Below, piece by piece: positions 43,711 to 53,533 of a DNA stretch of 64,000 bases (its first letter is position 1; every line of letters starts with the position of its first letter). This DNA comes from an uncultured archaeon (GTDB lineage: Archaea > Asgardarchaeota > Lokiarchaeia > Sigyniarchaeales > SOKP01). The position numbers and the translations under genes are program-made. The stretch covers positions 1-64,000 of the forward strand of contig CAZALK010000001.1 of the NCBI GenBank assembly GCA_964486045.1, written 5' to 3'. The notes beneath the pieces are model-generated. The model searched no databases. It saw only the letters and a list, made by a program, of their open reading frames with translations, and was not told the origin of the DNA.

Positions 43711-43801
43711 TATTGGTGATTTAAAACCAAAAATTGCGAATAAATATTTGTTTTTATTAATTAGTTAAATGAATGAAAATGCTACAATTATGGTGTAATC
43801 T

Positions 43802-46657
43802 ATGTCGTATAATGAAAAAGAAATAGAACTCATCCAATTTTGGAAAAACAATCATATATTTGAAAAAAGTGTTGAGGAAAGACCTAAGAAACTACCATAT
43901 ATTTTCTATGACGGTCCACCTTTTGCAACAGGATTACCTCATTACGGTCATATATTAAGTTTTGTTACCAAAGATGTGTTTCCAAGATATTGGACGATGA
44001 AAGGGTATCGTTGTGAGAGAAGGTGGGGTTGGGATTGTCATGGTCTCCCAATAGAAAGCATTTGTGAAAAAGCTCTAAATTTAAAACAAAAAAATGAAAT
44101 CTTCGAGATGGGTTTATCAAATTTCAATGAATATTGTCGATCAAGGGTATTATGGTATACTAATGAATGGAAAAATACTGTTGAACGAATGGGTAAATGG
44201 ATAGATTTTGATAATTCCTATAAAACTATGGATAACACTTATATGGAAACTGTGTGGTATATTTTCAAAAAAATCTATGAGGAAGGATTTGTATATAAGG
44301 GAAGAAAAGTATTATTTTATTGTCCTCGGTGTGAAACTCCACTTTCTAACTCAGAGATTTCTATGGATAATAGCTATAAAGACATTATTGAGGAATCTAT
44401 AACAGCAAAATTTGAGTTGAAAGAAGAACCAAGAACTTTTCTTCTAGCTTGGACTACAACACCCTGGACTTTAATAGGAAATGTAGCTTTAGCCATAAAT
44501 AGCGAACTCATGTATGTTAAAATTAAAATTGATGAAGAATTTTTAATTTTAATAAAAAACAAATTGGATATTATCAAAGATGAATATCAAATCATTGAGG
44601 AATTTAAGGGAAAAGAACTGCTAAATAAAAAATATTACTCCTTATACCAAACTTCCACTAATCACAATGGAAATGGTCATATTGTTATTGATGGTGGTGA
44701 AGATGTACTATCCGATGAAGGAACAGGAATTATACACATTGCTATTTACGGAGAATTTGATTATGAGATGATAAAAAAGTATAATTTACCAATAATTCAG
44801 CATATTAATGAACATGGTGAGTTGATAAGTGGTCCGAAAGATTGGATTGGAATATGGTTTAAAGATGTAGATAAAAAAGTCTTGAAGGACTTGAAACAGA
44901 GGAATCTTTTATTCAATTCGGAAGATTACACGCATTCTTATCCTTTTTGTTATAGATGTGATACTCCATTATTTTATAATGCTCTAGATGCCTGGTTTAT
45001 AAATATTCAACAAATAAAACCGCGTCTTTTGGAAACAAATGAAAAAATAAAGTGGTATCCTAAAGAGATTTCTAAACGATATCAAAACATAGTTGAAACT
45101 GCTCCTGACTGGTGCATTTCTAGAAATCGGTTTTGGGCTACGGCTATGCCGATCTGGATGTGTGAGGACTGTAACGAAACCAAAGTTATTGGTTCTATTA
45201 AGGAATTACAAGAGAATGCGATGGAGGAAGTTCCCGACAATCTGGATCTACACAGACATATAGTTGATGAGATACATCTTTGGTGCGCAGGATGTAACAA
45301 GGTCATGAATCGTATCCCAGAAGTATTTGATTGTTGGTTGGAATCAGGTTCAATGCCATATGCTGCAAAACATTACCCATTTGAAAACGTGGAATGGTTT
45401 GAAACCAATTTTCCTAGCGATTTTGTTTCGGAATATATCGGACAGGTTAGAGCGTGGTTTTACTATATGCATGTAGTATCAGTTCTTTTGGTTGATAATA
45501 TCCCATTTAGAAATGTCGTTGTAAATGGTAATATCCTTGCAGAAGATGGAACTAAGATGTCGAAGTCAAAGAGAAATTTCCCAGATCCTAATAAAATTGT
45601 TGAAAAATATGGAGCGGACGCTTTAAGGATCTATCTTTTATCTTCGCCTTTAATGAGAGCTAAGGACTTAAACTTTAAAGAGGAGATAGTTAAACAAGTT
45701 TATCGAAGATTTAATTTATTGCTAATTAATGTTCTAAAATTCTATTCAATGATTGAAATCAACGATTTAGCCGTAGATCTAACCAAATCAGATAATATTA
45801 TGGATAAGTGGATTATTAGTATGCTTAATGTCTTAATTCGTGAGGTTACTCAACGAATGGATGACTACGACACTGCAGAAACAAGTAAGTTATTCTTTAA
45901 TTTTGTCGAAGATCTCTCTACTTGGTTTGTTAAAAATAGCAGAGATCGATTTAAAAGTGAAATTGAAAGTATAAAAATATCTACGATGAACACACTTTCG
46001 TATGTACTTTCTAATCTATCAAAACTCTTAGCTCCTCTTACTCCGTTCATTTCAGAGGTGATTTACCAAAAATTGAAGGAAAAGGGAATAGTTAATTTAA
46101 ATTCTGTCCATTTGGAACCTTGGCCCATTTTTAATGAAAAATTAATCGATCTTAAGATGCATGAGAATATGATACTAACAAAAGATATAGTGACGAGATC
46201 ATTAGAATTAAGAGAAAATTCTAAGATACTAATTAGGCAAGTATTACAGAAAATAACAATAAGGGGGGTAAGTCTTAAAACTGAGTATTTAGATATCATT
46301 GCGGGAGCTATAAATGTGAGAAATGTAATAATTGAAAACGGTGAAAAAAAAGAACTTTTAATTGATTTAGATACAGAAATTACACCAGAATTAAGGCTTG
46401 AAGGTATTTCAAGAAATCTAATTAGGTATCTGAATAATTATAGAAAAAAATTGAATCTATCAACGAAAAATAGAATTAATCTCTATTTAGTAACAAATAA
46501 TGAAGACATTTTGAAAGCACTTGAAATATATGAAGAAAAAATTAAAAAATTTATACAAGCAGATAACATTATTAAAAATATCGAAGATCAGATGGATACT
46601 AAGAAATTCAAAATAGATAATAGCATTATTGAAGCATATATAGAGGTTAAAAATTAA
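43802..46657 (+). CDS. ileS: Isoleucine--tRNA ligase (IleRS2/eukaryote-like type)
   Basis: FYDGPPFATGLPHYGH, GWDCHGLP, WTTTPWTL, WCISRNRFW, KMSKS. Confidence 0.97.
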   Translation: MSYNEKEIELIQFWKNNHIFEKSVEERPKKLPYIFYDGPPFATGLPHYGHILSFVTKDVFPRYWTMKGYRCERRWGWDCHGLPIESICEKALNLKQKNEIFEMGLSNFNEYCRSRVLWYTNEWKNTVERMGKWIDFDNSYKTMDNTYMETVWYIFKKIYEEGFVYKGRKVLFYCPRCETPLSNSEISMDNSYKDIIEESITAKFELKEEPRTFLLAWTTTPWTLIGNVALAINSELMYVKIKIDEEFLILIKNKLDIIKDEYQIIEEFKGKELLNKKYYSLYQTSTNHNGNGHIVIDGGEDVLSDEGTGIIHIAIYGEFDYEMIKKYNLPIIQHINEHGELISGPKDWIGIWFKDVDKKVLKDLKQRNLLFNSEDYTHSYPFCYRCDTPLFYNALDAWFINIQQIKPRLLETNEKIKWYPKEISKRYQNIVETAPDWCISRNRFWATAMPIWMCEDCNETKVIGSIKELQENAMEEVPDNLDLHRHIVDEIHLWCAGCNKVMNRIPEVFDCWLESGSMPYAAKHYPFENVEWFETNFPSDFVSEYIGQVRAWFYYMHVVSVLLVDNIPFRNVVVNGNILAEDGTKMSKSKRNFPDPNKIVEKYGADALRIYLLSSPLMRAKDLNFKEEIVKQVYRRFNLLLINVLKFYSMIEINDLAVDLTKSDNIMDKWIISMLNVLIREVTQRMDDYDTAETSKLFFNFVEDLSTWFVKNSRDRFKSEIESIKISTMNTLSYVLSNLSKLLAPLTPFISEVIYQKLKEKGIVNLNSVHLEPWPIFNEKLIDLKMHENMILTKDIVTRSLELRENSKILIRQVLQKITIRGVSLKTEYLDIIAGAINVRNVIIENGEKKELLIDLDTEITPELRLEGISRNLIRYLNNYRKKLNLSTKNRINLYLVTNNEDILKALEIYEEKIKKFIQADNIIKNIEDQMDTKKFKIDNSIIEAYIEVKN

Positions 46658-46717
46658 TTTCTCTATTTTTCAATATCAAAATTAATTTAAAACTCCGTAA
46701 AATTATTATGGTTTTTT

Positions 46718-48157
46718 ATGCTTTTCTTTGTTATGCTCAAAATCTATAACACAATGACAAGAGAGAAGGGAATTTTTACACCGCTCGAAAAAGGTCATGT
46801 GAAGATCTACACATGCGGTCAAACAGTTTATGATGATGTACATATTGGTAATGCAAGAACATATAGTTCTTGGGATGTAGTAGTTCGATATTTACGTTAT
46901 AAAGGATACATTGTATTTCATGTTCAGAATTTTACAGATGTTGGTCATCTAACTGATGATGCTGACCAAGGAGAAGATAAAATAGAAAAAAGAGCACGAG
47001 AGCAAAAAGTTAATCCCTGGGAGTTGGTTGATAAACAGATCCAAGAATATTGGTATGTAATTGATAATCTAAATATAGATAGGCCAAATATTACACCAAG
47101 AGCAACGTCACTCATTCCTGAAATGATTGAACTTGTTGAAATACTTTTGGAAAAGGGGTATGCCTATGAAGTACAAGGAAATGTTTATTATGATATTTCG
47201 AAATTCAGTGATTATACAAAACTTTCTAGGTTAAAACTTGATGAAGAACAAGCAAAAGCCCGAGTTAAACAAGATCCCCTTAAAAGGAGCTATTTTGATT
47301 TTGCACTATGGCTAAATGCTCAAAAAGGTGATAAAAAACATATAATGAGATGGAGATCTCCATGGGGAGAAGGATACCCTGGATGGCATCTTGAATGTTC
47401 TATTATGGCGATGAAATATTTAGGGGAGACAATTGATATTCATGGTGGAGGAATCGATCATATCCCCACTCACCATCCAAATGAAATCGCTCAAGCGGAA
47501 GCTGCAACAGGAAATCAGTTTGTTCGCTGTTGGATGCATGCTAAGTTTATAACATTAAATGGTAAAAAGATGAGTAAAAGCCTTGGAAATTATGTAACTG
47601 CCCGTGAACTAATTGATAAGCATGGAGGATTAGTAGTAAGAATGGGTTTAGTATCTGGACACTATAGATCTGCTGTTGATTGGAATCCAGATGTTATTGA
47701 AAATGCTAAGAAGAATATTTCAAGAATTCAAAACTGTTTAAGTTTAATAAAGGATTCCATCGGTGGGACAAACGAAAACCTAAATCAAGCTATGGAAGAT
47801 GTAAAAAATTCCTTTGAAGAAGCTATGGATGATGATTTTAATTCCCCTAAAGCACTCTCTGCGATTCATGAATTTATTACAAAAATAAATTCATCGCTGA
47901 ATAACAAGAAGGATTTACTTATTGGAGCAAGAGACACACTACTAGAGTTACTTGGTGTTTTTGGTCTTGATTTCACAAAAAAGAAGGGAATAGATGATGA
48001 TAAAATAAATGAGTTAATGGATCTCATATTTAACATTAGGGAAATTGCTAGAAATGAAAAGAATTATGAATTAAGTGATCAAATAAGGGAAAAACTACGA
48101 ACTGTAGGGATTCAAATTGAAGATACAGAAAACGGTCCACGGTGGAGAATGACTTAA
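46718..48157 (+). CDS. cysS: Cysteine--tRNA ligase
   Basis: CGQTVYD..HIGNAR, PGWHLECS, KMSKSLGN; start likely ATG 46733. Confidence 0.97.
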   Translation: MLFFVMLKIYNTMTREKGIFTPLEKGHVKIYTCGQTVYDDVHIGNARTYSSWDVVVRYLRYKGYIVFHVQNFTDVGHLTDDADQGEDKIEKRAREQKVNPWELVDKQIQEYWYVIDNLNIDRPNITPRATSLIPEMIELVEILLEKGYAYEVQGNVYYDISKFSDYTKLSRLKLDEEQAKARVKQDPLKRSYFDFALWLNAQKGDKKHIMRWRSPWGEGYPGWHLECSIMAMKYLGETIDIHGGGIDHIPTHHPNEIAQAEAATGNQFVRCWMHAKFITLNGKKMSKSLGNYVTARELIDKHGGLVVRMGLVSGHYRSAVDWNPDVIENAKKNISRIQNCLSLIKDSIGGTNENLNQAMEDVKNSFEEAMDDDFNSPKALSAIHEFITKINSSLNNKKDLLIGARDTLLELLGVFGLDFTKKKGIDDDKINELMDLIFNIREIARNEKNYELSDQIREKLRTVGIQIEDTENGPRWRMT

Positions 48158-48270
48158 ACTAAGCAAATTGGTAAGAATCAAGTTATTTTATTAAATTATT
48201 CTTAAATTTAAATCATTAAAATTATTATTCATAATATCGAAAATTAATATCTAAGAGGGAGGTGTGTCTA

Positions 48271-48369
48271 TTGGGATTAAGTTCTTTGACTATTTGTATA
48301 ACAGGTGCCGCAAGTGGTATTGGACATGCCATAAGTTTAATAATATCGTTTATTTCAAGTTTTCAATAA
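48271..48369 (+). pseudogene. N-terminal fragment of a short-chain dehydrogenase (SDR)
   Basis: SD GGAGGTG then TTG; MGLSSLTICITGAASGIGHAIS (TGxxxGIG Rossmann motif); stops after 32 aa. Confidence 0.7.
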
Positions 48370-48638
48370 AAATTTTCCTCAAGATTTTAAGGATAAAGTA
48401 CTTTCAAATAAGGATTATCGAAGATTATCCAACTTCCTAGAAATTTCGCAATAGGTGCGCCCATCTCAAACTACGTAGCTAAGCGCTGGGGCTCTAGTAT
48501 CAGAAAATGGGTAATTTTGTTCAATTCTTAAAGGGGCTTCTTCTTGAAAGAGGAAATCAATGATCACAACAACAGTACGAATTTAAATATTATAATATTC
48601 TTTATTTTTTTGAAGTTAATCATTAATAAAATTTTAGA

Positions 48639-49105
48639 GTGAGTATGTTAGAATGCATGCACAGATTATGTGATGAAATAGGTAAGGCTCTAACTAATAA
48701 TAGGGAAGATCTAATAAAGAGGCTTGAACCGGAAGTTGAACATTTGAAGAATGAAAAAGAGTTTCGAGATTATATTAGAGAAACATTGAGGGATAAAAGC
48801 TTCCATGATAATTCTTACCCTGATATTTACCTTTACACTTATAAAAATTCCCTTTTATTATCATTGTTTACTTAGGTTATATTGGAGTACCTCCTGAGGA
48901 AAATTTCATAGTACAAGATATTGTTGAAATAATAACTATCGAGGATAAAATTTTCATTGAATATCTAATAAAGGAGCATTTACTTCAATTTTTCCCACAG
49001 GGTTTTAAAGATAAGGTACTTTCAGATAAGGATTATCGAATATTATATAATTTAACTTATGGCTATGAAGAATCAACTACTAACTGGGAAAGAAAATTAA
49101 ATTAA
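48639..49105 (+). pseudogene. Hypothetical protein split by a frameshift in an A-run
   Basis: ORF 48639-48875; one extra A in 48843-48847 continues it as KFPFIIIVYLGYIGVPPEE...WERKLN* to 49105. Confidence 0.6.
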
Positions 49106-49134
49106 AAAAAATTTAATATAATAAGAGAAAAAAA

Positions 49135-50874
49135 TTACTCTTGCATTTTTTGTAAAAGTTCCTCGATTTCCGCTTGGATAATTTCGGGATTTTTAGCAGT
49201 TTCACCTGCTATCGCGAGCTTTCTCTCTATAACAGGTCTATGAAGCGTATTCATCGCACAAAAGGGAACTTCACGAACTTTAGTAGGATCGTCTGGATCG
49301 ATTACTCCATAATGTACGAGGCACCTACATACTCTGTCGAGGTCAAAATTGTATGCATCTTGGAAGTGCATGCTGCTTATCATTATATTGCGTGTATGCA
49401 AAAAATTAGCAGCGGAATTAAAGTTTGGATTCATTACCAATCGAGCAAAACTTTGATACGTTTTACTAGTAAGAATTTTGCCAGGATTTTTAATGTAGCG
49501 CGCTGATCCCGCGAAGTAGTAGGCTTTTATGATTTGGCGATATCCAAGATCGGTCATGTCGTCAACAAAATCACCAATTTTTGAAAAGATTTTTCCGAAG
49601 CTATCTAAATTGATACCTTTTAGAAGGCCAGTTGGCTTTGGAATCTCCCTATTTTGGACCATATCCCATACTTTGTTTGACCACCTTACCATACCTTCAA
49701 TGTCAAAATATTCTTCAATAGCCTCCCACTCATTATTGTTATTAACGATACATATAGTACAGAAGCCGCAGTCGTTGTGCGATGTCATACTGAAGGTAGG
49801 CATCTCGTCAAACCACGCAAGTAATCGAGTCATTTTCGCAGTTGTAGCGATAGGATAAAATTGTCCAATTGCTCCATTAGTATGTTTATTTATCGCTTCT
49901 TTTAGATCGGATGTAGTATATCTGATATCCATTAATTCTTCAAAACTGATACGACCAGTTAACGAAACGGGTTGGAAAATAACTCCTGAAACGACGTCAG
50001 TATTATCTTTAGCATAATCTAAGATGTTCCCAATTTGATTATCATTTACCCCTTTAGCGACAGTTGGGACTAATACAACCCCCTGAAATCCAATTTTCCG
50101 ACAATTCTCGATGACCTTCTTTTTAAGTGGCCATAAATTAACGCCTCTTATCTTTTTCCATACTTCAGGAGCATCAGTAGCATCAAATTGTAAATAGACA
50201 GCATTCATCCCCGCATCCCAACATTTTTTTATGAGTTCTGGGGACTTAGCGAATTTAACACCATTAGTTGTTACCATAAGTTCAGTAAAACCTAGTTCTT
50301 TTCCTTTTCGAATGATCTCAGGGAGGTCATCTCTCATAGTCGGTTCTCCACCGGAGAGTTGAAGTAAAACAGCAGGAATAGGTTTCATTGACCTGAAATG
50401 TTTCATGATTTGCACTATTTGATCAAATGTAGGCTCTACAATATATCCTTTAGCACTGGCATTGGCAAAACAAATTGGGCAAGTGAGATTGCATCGATTA
50501 GTTACATCTATTAGGCAGATATTCGGAGCGCTCTTGTGATTATTACAGAGACCGCAGTCGTAAGGGCATCCTTTTTTTACTTCTTTGATTCCCGAGGAGA
50601 CAGATTCAGGTTTAGTGGAATTATTTGTAGTAGAGCCGATATCTGTGGTAAAAGTCTGCTGCCATTTGTAATCTTCTGAATTGCTTGACAATTTATCTTT
50701 GAATTCTCCATGATCCTCACAAGTTTTCCGCATCATAACCCAATTTGTCTCGGGATCTACATAAATTTCAGCCTGAATATGTTTAACACAATCAGGACAG
50801 ATGCTTGTGGTTGTTCGGATGATTTCTAAACCATCTTTCGTAGTTCGAGTAATTCCTTCAGTCATAATAATCAA
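49135..50874 (-). CDS. tes: Tetraether lipid synthase-like radical SAM enzyme (Tes/GDGT-MAS, MJ0619 family)
   Basis: N-terminal CPDC...CEDHG, GCPYDCGLC..H, CNLTCPIC, C-terminal CRCLVHY...PFCAMN. Confidence 0.85.
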   Translation of the reverse strand: MIIMTEGITRTTKDGLEIIRTTTSICPDCVKHIQAEIYVDPETNWVMMRKTCEDHGEFKDKLSSNSEDYKWQQTFTTDIGSTTNNSTKPESVSSGIKEVKKGCPYDCGLCNNHKSAPNICLIDVTNRCNLTCPICFANASAKGYIVEPTFDQIVQIMKHFRSMKPIPAVLLQLSGGEPTMRDDLPEIIRKGKELGFTELMVTTNGVKFAKSPELIKKCWDAGMNAVYLQFDATDAPEVWKKIRGVNLWPLKKKVIENCRKIGFQGVVLVPTVAKGVNDNQIGNILDYAKDNTDVVSGVIFQPVSLTGRISFEELMDIRYTTSDLKEAINKHTNGAIGQFYPIATTAKMTRLLAWFDEMPTFSMTSHNDCGFCTICIVNNNNEWEAIEEYFDIEGMVRWSNKVWDMVQNREIPKPTGLLKGINLDSFGKIFSKIGDFVDDMTDLGYRQIIKAYYFAGSARYIKNPGKILTSKTYQSFARLVMNPNFNSAANFLHTRNIMISSMHFQDAYNFDLDRVCRCLVHYGVIDPDDPTKVREVPFCAMNTLHRPVIERKLAIAGETAKNPEIIQAEIEELLQKMQE

Positions 50875-51219
50875 TATACTTTTTATATTTTAGTTAAATT
50901 AAGTATGTTTTAATTAAACTAGTATTTTAATAAACATGGAAATGATTTAAATATTTTATATATTGTAATATTCGTATCGATATTATTAAAAAAGGTCTAA
51001 ATTTTTAATAAAACTGAAAATTTGATTTCTTTTTTTAGTGTTCTTCCTGTATTGGCATCATATTTTAACTATTCAAGCATAAATGTTTAAATTACAGGTA
51101 GTTTCAAATCATCCGAGATTTTAAATCTTCAACTGCTAATGAGATATTAGGAAAACAGTTTAACTAAAATAAAGTATTTTTTGCTCTTTGATTTTCCTAT
51201 TTCTATTGAAGAAAAGAGA

Positions 51220-51336
51220 GCCTCCTGCCAACGGACGCAATAATGCGTCAAAAATACTATAGGGGGAGGAGGGCGAAATCAGAGTGTAAAAATTTACACT
51301 ACCAAAAGACAAAAATCCAGGGTGTAGGCAGGAGGC
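51220..51336. ncRNA. Putative structured non-coding RNA (117 nt), strand unresolved
   Basis: 10-bp perfect terminal stem GCCTCCTGCC/GGCAGGAGGC, two internal hairpins, GC-rich in an AT-rich spacer, T-tract immediately 3' on +. Confidence 0.65.
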
Positions 51337-51591
51337 ATGTTTTTGTTTTTTTTGATGAATTTAATTCATTAATTGTTTTTACATTTTAAATATTAATGTA
51401 TTAAATTTTCATCTTAAGGATTATATATGATTAAAGGCTTATAAATTAATTTTAGAAAGAGTGTAATTAATTAATATAAATAATTATTATCACTACCTAA
51501 GTAGAGCTAATGGAAGAAATGTGATTTTAAATAAGCTCATTTTGGATATACATATCTGAAATCAAAAAAGTTTGAATAATTAATTTTTTCA

Positions 51592-52050
51592 GTGTTAAAG
51601 TTATATAATTATTTATTTCAATTATTTAAAAATAAAAAGCTTATGTACCCCATGGCAAGTAATAAAAAAGAGCAAACAGTAGGAAGACCAGAACCAGAAT
51701 TTAGCTTTGGAATAGGAACTGTCATTTGGAGTGCTATAGGATTTGTAATATCATGGGGAAATATGCTAATTATCCTTAACTCTATGCAAATTTGGTCGTA
51801 TTTGACAATAATATTTACTACGATAATCCCTGGTGTGATTATTGGATTAAAAGATAGATACTGGGGTTATGGCTATATGGGTGGTTTTGCGATCGCGGGT
51901 ATCCCATTCTCATTCTTAAATCCTCCATATGGTGACCTTTTCATTGGATGGTATACATTTGCCACTGCTCTCTTCATTTTTGTAATAATCCTACTAATTT
52001 TTTGGACCGGTTGGAGAGCAATTTCAGCAATCAAACGAGTAGATCAGTAA
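51592..52050 (+). CDS. Small 4-TM membrane protein
   Basis: Four hydrophobic segments; start probably ATG 51643 or 51652. Confidence 0.75.
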   Translation: MLKLYNYLFQLFKNKKLMYPMASNKKEQTVGRPEPEFSFGIGTVIWSAIGFVISWGNMLIILNSMQIWSYLTIIFTTIIPGVIIGLKDRYWGYGYMGGFAIAGIPFSFLNPPYGDLFIGWYTFATALFIFVIILLIFWTGWRAISAIKRVDQ

Positions 52051-52073
52051 ATAAAATTTTAAATTATTGGTTG

Positions 52074-52280
52074 TTACAACATAATCAATTTTTTACATTT
52101 TATGCAAAGTTTTGCCTCGATTTTTGCATTTTGAGCGCATTTCAAACAATATATTGTTTTGCATGATGGACATGTGTACGTATCACCTTCAATAGTTCCT
52201 TTATGCAGAAGACAGAAATTTTCTTTAACATTAAACGATGGAGGGAGAACAGGAGGTAGAGGAGTTTTTTTATTATTCAT
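52074..52280 (-). CDS. Stand-alone RING-like Zn-finger protein
   Basis: CLLH...CPSC...YCLKC...CIKC (8 ligands). Confidence 0.65.
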   Translation of the reverse strand: MNNKKTPLPPVLPPSFNVKENFCLLHKGTIEGDTYTCPSCKTIYCLKCAQNAKIEAKLCIKCKKLIML

Positions 52281-52366
52281 GAAACCACATGGTTATGCTT
52301 TGGAGAGTAATAACTTTTTGTAGATTTTTAATTTAGTTTTAATTTCCTATTAAGTAAGCAATATAA

Positions 52367-52837
52367 TTAGGATAATGAGGGTACTTCTTCGATCTGAACA
52401 TCTATTACGTTTGCTACACCCATAAATTTTTCTTTTATAATATCAAGAGATAATTCCCCAGAATCAATAACATCCCCTACTAAATAAGTTTCGTAGTAAC
52501 ACCGCTCCATTTCATAACACAAACCCGTTGTATGTAAGATTTCCTTGCTCAGGTTCATTTCATTTAACACGTTAGATATCCCTTTCACAAGATCGGGAGA
52601 GAATTCTTTTAATTTTATAAGAATTTTTTTTATGTTATTATTCTTTGTAGGGAAGCAACTTATTTTAACAACATCTTCTCTTGAGATGAAAATGAGCAAA
52701 TAATAAGGAGAATCCATAATTTCTTCTTTTATTTCAGATGGGAAAATAGGATTATTGTCTAAATCCTTGCTAGTAATAATTTGTCCTATAGAAATTTTAT
52801 TTTTTTGGGCTCCATTGTCAGTTTCCATAATAATCAA
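52367..52837 (-). CDS. ACT-like domain protein
   Basis: 'PDLVKGISNVL...ILHTTGLC...CYYETYL'. Confidence 0.6.
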   Translation of the reverse strand: MIIMETDNGAQKNKISIGQIITSKDLDNNPIFPSEIKEEIMDSPYYLLIFISREDVVKISCFPTKNNNIKKILIKLKEFSPDLVKGISNVLNEMNLSKEILHTTGLCYEMERCYYETYLVGDVIDSGELSLDIIKEKFMGVANVIDVQIEEVPSLS

Positions 52838-53028
52838 AAACTTTAGGGTAATTAATGGTAATAGTTCAGTGAAACTATATAAATTTTTATTATTTATTAT
52901 TTTTTTCAGATTCTAAATGTAATACTAAGATAATATTTGTATTTTTTATTTTTATCAGTTTTTAGTTATTTGACACTTTATTTTGAGAAAATGCAATATA
53001 TTGAGAAATTTTGGTTTAGGATGTCATA

Positions 53029-53517
53029 ATGTCTTTCTATAATAGAACAAATAGAGATTACGGATTTAGTTTGGAAAAAATTAATTCTCAAGAAAGTTTC
53101 TTTCATGCGATTTATTTTTTAGATTTTGAAACTGGATCTTTATTTGTAAGTAAAAGATTTTCTGATAATTTGAGCTTTTTAAGAGACGATTTAATTTGTA
53201 GCTTTTTAAACGCAATCAACCACTTTATTAATGAATTAAAAGAAGGAGGAAATGAAGAACTCCAAGAAATTAACTTTAAAGATACAAGAATTTTATACGA
53301 GAGGGAGGGGAGATTATTAGTTATTGCGGTTACAAGAAAAAATGATATTCAAATAGAACGCGGGATTGTCAGAGAAATATTAGAGGATTTTTATTTTCGC
53401 TTCAAGAGTTATATAAATACGTTTAATGGCGCTGTTGCTCCAGAAATTGCTAACTATAAAAAAAGACTCGAATCTATGAATTTGAATAACGTGTTTAAAT
53501 ATAATACAAGTTTTTAA
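53029..53517 (+). CDS. Longin-like domain protein
   Basis: 'DLICSFLNAINHFINEL...LQEINF..RILYE...ILEDFYFRF...FNG'. Confidence 0.7.
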   Translation: MSFYNRTNRDYGFSLEKINSQESFFHAIYFLDFETGSLFVSKRFSDNLSFLRDDLICSFLNAINHFINELKEGGNEELQEINFKDTRILYEREGRLLVIAVTRKNDIQIERGIVREILEDFYFRFKSYINTFNGAVAPEIANYKKRLESMNLNNVFKYNTSF

Positions 53518-53533
53518 CTTTTATCATTAAAGC

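Noticed and set aside
43700-43801. T-box riboswitch before ileS
   Set aside because: No GGTGGNACC T-box consensus, antiterminator or specifier stem recognisable.
48536-48562. SECIS-like hairpin (TTCTTCT-tgaa-AGAGGAA)
   Set aside because: Short and weak; no upstream gene with an in-frame TGA was found.
51220-51336. tRNA, 5S rRNA or SRP RNA identity for the structured element
   Set aside because: No cloverleaf or TTCGA loop, and no conserved 5S or SRP motifs recognised.
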